From an uncultured Acidobacteriota bacterium (GTDB lineage: Bacteria; Acidobacteriota; Thermoanaerobaculia; Multivoradales; UBA5704): 64,000 bases of DNA. This document shows positions 29,675 to 35,923 of the stretch, one piece after another (position 1 is the stretch's first letter; the number at the start of each line of letters is the position of its first letter). A model generated the notes under the pieces. That model ran no database searches and had not been told where the DNA came from. It saw only the letters and a list, made by a program, of their open reading frames with translations. The DNA lies in NCBI GenBank assembly GCA_963700145.1, contig OY969474.1:4640001-4704000 (forward strand). Direction: 5' to 3'. A program made the position numbers and the translations under genes.

Positions 29675-29905
29675 GGTATCAGAGCTTGATACCTCGGTAT
29701 CGAGCCCTGATACCTCCGTATCAGCCGCCGCTACCCAGGTATCAGGCGCCGCTACCTAGGTATCAGGCGCTGCGACCTAGGTATCGGGCGCCGATACCTC
29801 CGTATCAGGCGCCGCTCCCCCTGTGTCGAGCGCTGATACTCAGGTATCACGGGCCGATACCCCCGTATGGAGCGCTCATACCTCCGTATCGACGCTCCCG
29901 ACCTC
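29675..29905. repeat. 21-bp palindromic tandem array, 11 units
   Basis: Consensus GGTATC-N7-GATACC-NN, exact 21-bp period from 29675. Confidence 0.88.
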
Positions 29906-29914
29906 TTCCTCCAC

Positions 29915-30152
29915 CTACGTCCCCCGACTCGCGGAACACCAGCCGCTGGGGTTGCCGGGGCTGCCACCATCCCCCTCGCCTTCCACGAGGCGCGCCAGGC
30001 CGGCAAGGCGCCGGAAGGCGCCCTCGTCGCCTTCGCCGCCTTGGGCGCCAGGCGGATCTTCTTGAGCGACTCGGTGCTGTGCCCGGCGAAGAACGGCCCG
30101 AGCTGCGGGTCGGCCGCCATCCGCCCGATGAAGTCGTCGGTCACGGCGGCGA
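29915..30152. pseudogene. Mosaic of duplicated fragments of the CRTAC1, fabH-like and globin genes
   Basis: 29915-29949 matches 34137-34170; 29963-30049 matches 29463-29549; 30053-30152 matches 31033-31132. Confidence 0.9.
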
Positions 30153-30190
30153 ACGCGTACAATCGGGAAACGGGATCGTGAGGTGACGCC

Positions 30191-30391
30191 GTGATGAAGG
30201 GGATCGAAGAAGCAGTCGCCGCGCTCAGGCGCGACCCCGATCAGCCGGTGACGGCCGAGATCGACGGCCTGGTCATCGAGCTGCGGCACAAAGCCGACTC
30301 GACGCGGAGAGCTCGGCGGACGGCCGATGATGTCTTCAGGGAAGTGGGGAGCTGGGAAGGGGAGACACCAACACGGTCATCGCCCGCCTGA
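30191..30391 (+). CDS. Putative antitoxin, C-terminus probably lost
   Basis: 66 aa directly upstream of, and overlapping, a PIN remnant. Confidence 0.45.
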   Translation: MMKGIEEAVAALRRDPDQPVTAEIDGLVIELRHKADSTRRARRTADDVFREVGSWEGETPTRSSPA

Positions 30392-30759
30392 ACGGCAATC
30401 TCGCCGTCTCGGAGCGGCTTGCAGCGCTCAAACCGGAGGAAGTCGTCCTCTGCGCGCCGGTACTGGCCGAGCTCCACTTCGGCGCGAGCCTCTCGGCGCG
30501 CAGAGAGCAGAACCTCGGACGGCTGGAGCGATTGGCGGAGAGCATGCGCTTCCAGTCGTTCGATGCCGGGGCGGCTCGCCGCTTTGGAGACTTGAAAGCC
30601 TCGCTCCGTCGCCGCGGGGTCACCAAATCCGACTTCGATCTGGCCATCGCCGCCATCGCGCTCGAACTCGGCGCGATCCTCGTTTCTGAAGACGGCGCGT
30701 TCCACGGCGGCTCAATAGCGGGGCTCCAGGCGGAGAACTGGCTGCTGAACGCCAGATAA
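30364..30759 (+). pseudogene. PIN-domain (VapC-like) toxin lacking its start
   Basis: DTNTVIARLNG...VLAELHFG...DFDLAIAAIAL...LVSED; in-frame TGA at 30328 with no ATG/GTG/TTG before DTN. Confidence 0.75.
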
Positions 30760-30806
30760 GACGCTCCGCCGTCTAAGGGACCGGCGCTTCAGCGGCGTGC
30801 CCGCGC

Positions 30807-31250
30807 CTACTGCTCGACGATGTCGGCGCGCAGGGTGCCGACGGCGGCGAAGAGCTCCTCGCGCTCCTTCTGCCCGACCTTGAACTTGTCGAGCGTCGCC
30901 GTCAGGTGCTTGACCGCGGTGTCCCAGTGGGCCGCCGAGATCTTCATCCCCGCGTGCGACGCCTTCATGCTCCGCCCCGTGTAGTAGCAGGGGCCGCCGC
31001 TCATCTCGCAGAGCTGCTCGACGACGAGCTGCCGGATCTTCTTGAGCGACTCGGTGCTGTGCCCAGCGAAGAACGGCCCGAGCTGCGGGTCCGCCGCCAT
31101 CCGTCCGATGAAGTCGTCGGTCACGGCGGCGATGGCGTCGTAGCCGCCCAGGCGCTTGTAGAGCGACGCGTCGTCAGCCGCGGCGAGCGGCGCCGCGAGG
31201 GCGGCCGAGAGCAGCAATGCGGCGGCGATGAGAGCCTTGGTTCGGATCAT
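30807..31250 (-). CDS. Group 1 truncated hemoglobin with signal peptide
   Basis: SLYKRLGG, FF, GGPCYYTGRSMKASHAGM. Confidence 0.92.
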   Translation of the reverse strand: MIRTKALIAAALLLSAALAAPLAAADDASLYKRLGGYDAIAAVTDDFIGRMAADPQLGPFFAGHSTESLKKIRQLVVEQLCEMSGGPCYYTGRSMKASHAGMKISAAHWDTAVKHLTATLDKFKVGQKEREELFAAVGTLRADIVEQ

Positions 31251-31346
31251 GGTTCCCTCCCGAGAGAGCTCGACTGCAGTCCATTGGCTTCTACGCGCGG
31301 GCCGAGCGCCCGGATGAGTCCGAGTAGCGGCCGAACCGACTCCGAA

Positions 31347-31619
31347 TCAGTCGACGTTGAACACCGGACGTTCGCAGGTTGGACCGGCCTGTAGCTCGCT
31401 CTGCGTGTATCGGCTGTCTTGGTACAGCCGAATGGGATAGCAGCCTGTACCGAGACCGAACTCGACGACGTAGTCGCCTGGAAGCAGGCTGGTCCGAAGA
31501 ACGCCGCGTTCCTTCTGGACGAGGCTCCCTCCATCGTCACCAAGCCAGATGTCCACCGATTTGGAGTTGCCGGTGATCTCGAGCTCGAGGTACGTGCGGC
31601 TCTCGTAGACGTGGCTCAT
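31347..31619 (-). CDS. Hypothetical protein (90 aa)
   Basis: Lower-GC ORF co-oriented with the cassettes; no attC seen after it. Confidence 0.5.
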   Translation of the reverse strand: MSHVYESRTYLELEITGNSKSVDIWLGDDGGSLVQKERGVLRTSLLPGDYVVEFGLGTGCYPIRLYQDSRYTQSELQAGPTCERPVFNVD

Positions 31620-31730
31620 TGTGCCGACCGTAGGAGAGAGTGAACTATCTAAGCGTGGGCATGGTAGCACCGTGACCGCGACCCTCTGCCTCCGACGCGA
31701 TGCTGGCCTGTCACTGCCGGCTCCGTGCCG

Positions 31731-31796
31731 CCCTAACGTTCACGCTTCACCGGCGGATGGCAACGCCAGCCGTCCGGCGGAAGCTGGGGGTTAAAC
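31731..31796 (-). mobile_element. attC site (66 bp)
   Basis: Minus strand GTTTAAC...imperfect hairpin...GTTAGGG; R'' overlaps the TIR gene stop codon. Confidence 0.8.
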
Positions 31797-32693
31797 GGCA
31801 CCGCTTCTGGCCTCGAGTTCACGTCTCACCTCGCTACGGAACACCGGCAACCATTCAGTAATGAGCTGTTGGAAAGCCTCGTCTAGCTGGGGCTCTCGCT
31901 CAGGAACTATCGAGTTCATCCGAATCGCCAGTGCCAAACCTGCTATGTTGGCTGCCGCCTTGGCGACTGGTTCTGATGCGAAGAGGTGAATCTCCTGGTT
32001 GAGCTCACTCACGCGCCGACCCTGCAGCTGGAGATCTTCTTCTACGCGAGGGAGCATGAGCTGAGCAGCCGGTCCACCCTGCTTCATAACGATGACGCGA
32101 TTCTTCGCTGCTTGGTGGGCTCTTAGAGCGGCATTGACAAAGTCGGCATAGACCTTCTGGTGGGTCACTCCGGCCATATCGATCGAAGGACTGACTGGAG
32201 CTAACGGCGTAGTGCCTAAAGGCGGTGCTTGAGCGAGAACTCCGCGAAGTGCGCTAAGAAGTTGCCGATAGTTCTCCTCCGAGTATGGATCACCGCGCAG
32301 GTCAAAGTAGACCTTTCCTCGAAGAAATGAGGGAGCCGCCTCTCTCCAGTCACCTGACCGAAGTAGAGGAACGAACTTCCTGTCGTTGCGGTCAGTCATC
32401 ACTTCGGCCGTAATGATATGCCCTTCGTAACCGACGCCACCGATGCGTCGATCTGACTTCTCTTGGTACTTAGGGGTGCAGATCATGAGGACGAAGTCGC
32501 TGTCTCGGATGGCAGTTTCAATAAACTGAGGCAGTTGATCACCGGGAGCAACCTTCCACTCGTCCAAGATCAGGTCGATGCCGTCACTGCGGAGACGGGC
32601 ACCAAGTCTCTTGACCCAATCCTTGTGCTCCTCGCTATCCCACGAGTACGAGATGAACGCCGTGGGTATCTGTTTAAGAAGTTCGCTTGTCAC
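31791..32693 (-). CDS. TIR/SEFIR domain protein (integron cassette)
   Basis: AFISYSWDSEEHKDWV, LDEW, DFVLMICTPKY, GGVGYE. Confidence 0.88.
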   Translation of the reverse strand: MTSELLKQIPTAFISYSWDSEEHKDWVKRLGARLRSDGIDLILDEWKVAPGDQLPQFIETAIRDSDFVLMICTPKYQEKSDRRIGGVGYEGHIITAEVMTDRNDRKFVPLLRSGDWREAAPSFLRGKVYFDLRGDPYSEENYRQLLSALRGVLAQAPPLGTTPLAPVSPSIDMAGVTHQKVYADFVNAALRAHQAAKNRVIVMKQGGPAAQLMLPRVEEDLQLQGRRVSELNQEIHLFASEPVAKAAANIAGLALAIRMNSIVPEREPQLDEAFQQLITEWLPVFRSEVRRELEARSGAV

Positions 32694-32709
32694 GGTCGAT
32701 TCTTGTGCC

Positions 32710-32748
32710 GTTTAACGGCGTATGAGTTCCGCTGCAACGAGGTTAGGT
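32710..32748 (-). mobile_element. Truncated attC site (39 bp)
   Basis: ACCTAAC...GTTAAAC with the central hairpin missing. Confidence 0.65.
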
Positions 32749-32776
32749 GACCCGCCGCGACTGTCGAGCAAAGGGT

Positions 32777-33262
32777 TCAGGTCGTTCGCTGGTAGTCGTC
32801 CAGCAGCTGAGTGATGTCTCGCTGTGTGACGGTGAGATGATGAAGCAGGGAGTCGACTGGCGAAGGGCTGACGTGACTGCTTGAGCCAGTGGCGATGTGT
32901 GTGTGCAGGTAGTCGAGTTTAGCGTTGATGTGGTCAAGCTGGTAGCGCTGCCAGTCGAACCTGTCGAACAGACCCTCGTCGGCGAACAGTTCGCGACCGC
33001 TAAGCAGGACTTGTGCTGGGGTTGTCGTATCTAGGCGGAAGTTTGGAATCACAACCGGGGAACGCTGCAGGTAGTCGAGGCATTGCGCAATGCGATCGAG
33101 ATTGAAGCGAAACGCCTTGAGGAGATTGGCGCGGAGCTGATGAGCTCGCGCTACGCGCTCCCGTTTCCATTGCTGCCGTGCCCAGAGCACGCCGAACACT
33201 GTTCCAGCGAAGGCGCTTAGGAAGGCGAAGAGGAGATTCCAGAGCAGCTGTTCCGTTGTCAT
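32777..33262 (-). CDS. Hypothetical cassette protein with N-terminal TM helix
   Basis: MTTEQLLWNLLFAFLSAFAGTVFGVLW; bounded by attC sites. Confidence 0.75.
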   Translation of the reverse strand: MTTEQLLWNLLFAFLSAFAGTVFGVLWARQQWKRERVARAHQLRANLLKAFRFNLDRIAQCLDYLQRSPVVIPNFRLDTTTPAQVLLSGRELFADEGLFDRFDWQRYQLDHINAKLDYLHTHIATGSSSHVSPSPVDSLLHHLTVTQRDITQLLDDYQRTT

Positions 33263-33276
33263 GAATGCTATCCGGG

Positions 33277-33336
33277 TCCTAACGCTACTGGGCTTCAGCG
33301 ACGGCGGAGCCGCTCGCTGCAAGCCCTTGGTTAGGC
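33277..33336 (-). mobile_element. attC site (60 bp)
   Basis: GCCTAAC-caagg-GCTTGCAGCGA...TCGCTGAAGC-ccagtagc-GTTAGGA. Confidence 0.85.
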
Positions 33337-33346
33337 TGCTGATTGA

Positions 33347-33850
33347 TCACCGAGCCTTTCCAAGCGTGCTTAACGCAACGATGGCTTCCCTAATGTTGGC
33401 GGCGACAATATTAGATTGATCGAGGCGCCACCTGTTGTAGTGTGCACGAAGGACATCGACGAGCCTGGCTGCCTGCTGAATATCGCGCTGTGCTGGACCG
33501 AGATCGACCTCGTCAGGGATGCCTAGGCTCCTCATGAAGCCGATGACTCGCTCAAGATGAGCGACCAGTTGGCGGTGAGGACGTGTGAGTCGACCTTCTC
33601 GGAATTGCTTTGCCTTGTCCGTGTCCTCGAACCATGTTGGGTCCCACATCAAGGAGTCATTCGCAATCTTGGTCACATGAGCCACCACGGGCTCACCAAT
33701 GAGCGAGTCGAATTCACGATCATTGCGCTCCATGACCTCGCGATATGTCCGGACAATCTCCTGAAGGCCGGAGAGCGAAGTGAGGGACTGCATGTCCTGT
33801 GTGAGTACCAACGGGGATAGGAAGGCAGGTCGCGATGCATTATCTGTCAT
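33347..33850 (-). CDS. Hypothetical cassette protein (167 aa)
   Basis: Low-GC ORF; the cassette begins GTTAGGCTGCTGA and ends TCAGCAGCCTAAC. Confidence 0.75.
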   Translation of the reverse strand: MTDNASRPAFLSPLVLTQDMQSLTSLSGLQEIVRTYREVMERNDREFDSLIGEPVVAHVTKIANDSLMWDPTWFEDTDKAKQFREGRLTRPHRQLVAHLERVIGFMRSLGIPDEVDLGPAQRDIQQAARLVDVLRAHYNRWRLDQSNIVAANIREAIVALSTLGKAR

Positions 33851-33900
33851 GGCATTTCATCCTTGTTCTAGAATACTGAATCCTGCTCGCATGGTCAGCA

Positions 33901-33919
33901 GCCTAACCTCTGCTTATAC
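33901..33919 (-). mobile_element. attI-like simple site heading the cassette array
   Basis: GTATAAG-CAGAG-GTTAGGC (L, 5-bp spacer, R) with no matching attC hairpin upstream. Confidence 0.45.
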
Positions 33920-34067
33920 GGATTGGCCGGCTGTGGGTGGCGAGACGGGAGCCTCAGCCGCATCTCACGCCTGGTTATGAGTTAGGAGAGTGTAGCAGAG
34001 ACTGCGTGCGAACAGGTGCGACGGACGTGTCGTCTATGCGGCGCTGGACGGGGTCAGAGTTTCGAGA

Positions 34068-34102
34068 CCCCCGCCCAGATCCTTCGCTACGCTCAGGATG
34101 AC
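34068..34102. repeat. Half copy of the GTCAT...ATGAC palindromic element
   Basis: CCCGCCCAGATCCTTCGCTACGCTCAGGATGAC. Confidence 0.75.
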
Positions 34103-34136
34103 GGCGCTGCGAGCTTCGGTCGGCTGGGCGCTACGT

Positions 34137-35804
34137 CTACGTCCCCGACTCGCGGAACACCAACCGCTGGTTCCCGGCGACGTTGGCGCGTTGCTGGACC
34201 TTCCCTGACGGCCAGCGCACGACCACCCGATCGGCCTTCGCGGCCCGCCCCAACCCGAAGACAGGCTCGACCTGCGACTGCGAGAGGTAGCTGCTGCCGG
34301 TGCGCACCAGCCAGCGCTGGGTGGCGCCGCCGGTGGTGACCTCGACGACCGTCCCCAGGCCGTCGCGGTTGCTCTTCGAGCCCTCGAGCCCGATCTTGAG
34401 CCAGCGGCCCTGCCCGCCGCCGGCGTTGGCGAAGACCTGGGCCGGGCCGCCGTTGTTGGTCAGCACCAGGTCGAGGTCGCCGTCGTTGTCGAGGTCGCCG
34501 TAGGCGGCGCCGCGGGCGACGCGCGGCTTGGCGAGGTCGCCGCCGGCGGTCGCCGTCACCTCTTCGTAGCGGCCGGCGCCGGCGTTGCGGAAGAGCTGCG
34601 TCGGCTGGCGGAACTTGACCTTGGTCTGCACGTTCTCGACCTCGGGGTCGAGGTGGCCGTTGCCGAGCAGGATGTCGAGCCAGCCGTCGAGGTCGTAGTC
34701 GAAGAAGAAGGCGGCGAAGGCGAGGGTCAGGAGGGTGCGGCGGCCGATCTGCGAGGCCGGCGCCACGTCGACGAAGAGCTGATTGCCCTCGTTGCGGTAG
34801 AGCGCCACCATCTCGTTGGCGAAGTTGCCGATCACCAGGCTGTGGCGGCCGCTGCGGTCGTAGTCGGCGGCGTCGATGCCCATGCCGCCGCGCGCCACGC
34901 CGGTCTCGGAGAAGGCCATGCCGGAGGCCACGCCCACCTCCTCGAACGTGCCGTTGCCGCGGTTGCGGTAGAGGAGGTTGGGCTGGGTGTCGTTGGCGAC
35001 CGCGAGGTCGGGCCAGCCGTCCCCATCGAGGTCGAGCACCGCCACGCCGAGCGACTTGGCGGAGGGCTTGGAGATCCCCGCCTTCTTGGTCGCGTCCTCG
35101 AGCTTCAAGCCCCCCTTGTTGCGGTAGAAGCGCGGCGAGGCGCCGGGGTAGGACTCCGGCGTGCAGTAGGACTTGCTCTTGCCGTCGAGGGTGCAGAAGA
35201 GGTCGGTCTCCGGCGTCCAGGTGACGTAGCGGGTGGCGAGGACGTCGAGCCGCCCGTCCTTGTCGGCGTCGAGGAGAGCAACCGAGGCGCCGAACTCGTA
35301 GTCGCGCGACAGGCCGGCCGCCGCGGAGACGTCCGCGAACTTCCCGCCGTCGTTGCGCAGCAGGTAGTCCTGCCCGACGCAGGAGAGGTAGAGGTCGGCG
35401 TCGCCGTCGTTGTCGAGGTCGCCGGCGGCGCCGCCCAGGCAGTAGGCGGCGATGCCGAGACCGCTCTTCGCCGTCGCGTTGGCGAACTTGAGGCCCCCTT
35501 GGTTGGTGTAGAGCTCCTGCGTCGTCGCCTTCCCGGGCTTGCCCGGGAAGTTGCGGCCGTTGAGAAACAGCACGTCGAGCCGGTCGTCGCCGTTGGCGTC
35601 GAAGAGGACGACGCCCGGCCCCATCGTCTCCGGCAGCCACTTCTTGCCGAAGGCGCCGGTGTTGTGGGTGAACTTGATGCCGCTCGCGGCGGTGACGTCG
35701 GCGAATCGCGGGCCGGCGGGCCTCGCCGGCTGCCCCTGCCGAGCGAAGAGAGGCACGGCGAGCAAGAGACAGGTAACGAGGTACAACAAGGGTCGTCTGG
35801 TCAT
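34137..35804 (-). CDS. CRTAC1 family protein (FG-GAP repeats plus ASPIC/UnbV)
   Basis: ETMGPG, repeated DxDxDG motifs, GAAYGDLDNDGDLD, GSSYLSQS, VRWPSG. Confidence 0.92.
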   Translation of the reverse strand: MTRRPLLYLVTCLLLAVPLFARQGQPARPAGPRFADVTAASGIKFTHNTGAFGKKWLPETMGPGVVLFDANGDDRLDVLFLNGRNFPGKPGKATTQELYTNQGGLKFANATAKSGLGIAAYCLGGAAGDLDNDGDADLYLSCVGQDYLLRNDGGKFADVSAAAGLSRDYEFGASVALLDADKDGRLDVLATRYVTWTPETDLFCTLDGKSKSYCTPESYPGASPRFYRNKGGLKLEDATKKAGISKPSAKSLGVAVLDLDGDGWPDLAVANDTQPNLLYRNRGNGTFEEVGVASGMAFSETGVARGGMGIDAADYDRSGRHSLVIGNFANEMVALYRNEGNQLFVDVAPASQIGRRTLLTLAFAAFFFDYDLDGWLDILLGNGHLDPEVENVQTKVKFRQPTQLFRNAGAGRYEEVTATAGGDLAKPRVARGAAYGDLDNDGDLDLVLTNNGGPAQVFANAGGGQGRWLKIGLEGSKSNRDGLGTVVEVTTGGATQRWLVRTGSSYLSQSQVEPVFGLGRAAKADRVVVRWPSGKVQQRANVAGNQRLVFRESGT

Positions 35805-35824
35805 ACGTCTCCCGAGGTCCTTCT

Positions 35825-35913
35825 TGTCATCCCGAGCCTAGCGAGGGATCTGGGCGGGGGCTCCGCTGCGCAACCTTCCCGCCCCCAGATTCCTCGCTTC
35901 GCTCGGAATGACA
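35825..35913. repeat. Full TGTCATCCCGAGC...GCTCGGAATGACA palindromic (REP-like) element
   Basis: Long imperfect hairpin, same family as the copies at 34068, 54301 and 61129. Confidence 0.85.
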
Positions 35914-35923
35914 GGTCGTAGCT

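Noticed and set aside
33920-34137. Possible integron integrase next to the attI-like site
   Set aside because: No tyrosine-recombinase motifs and too little space
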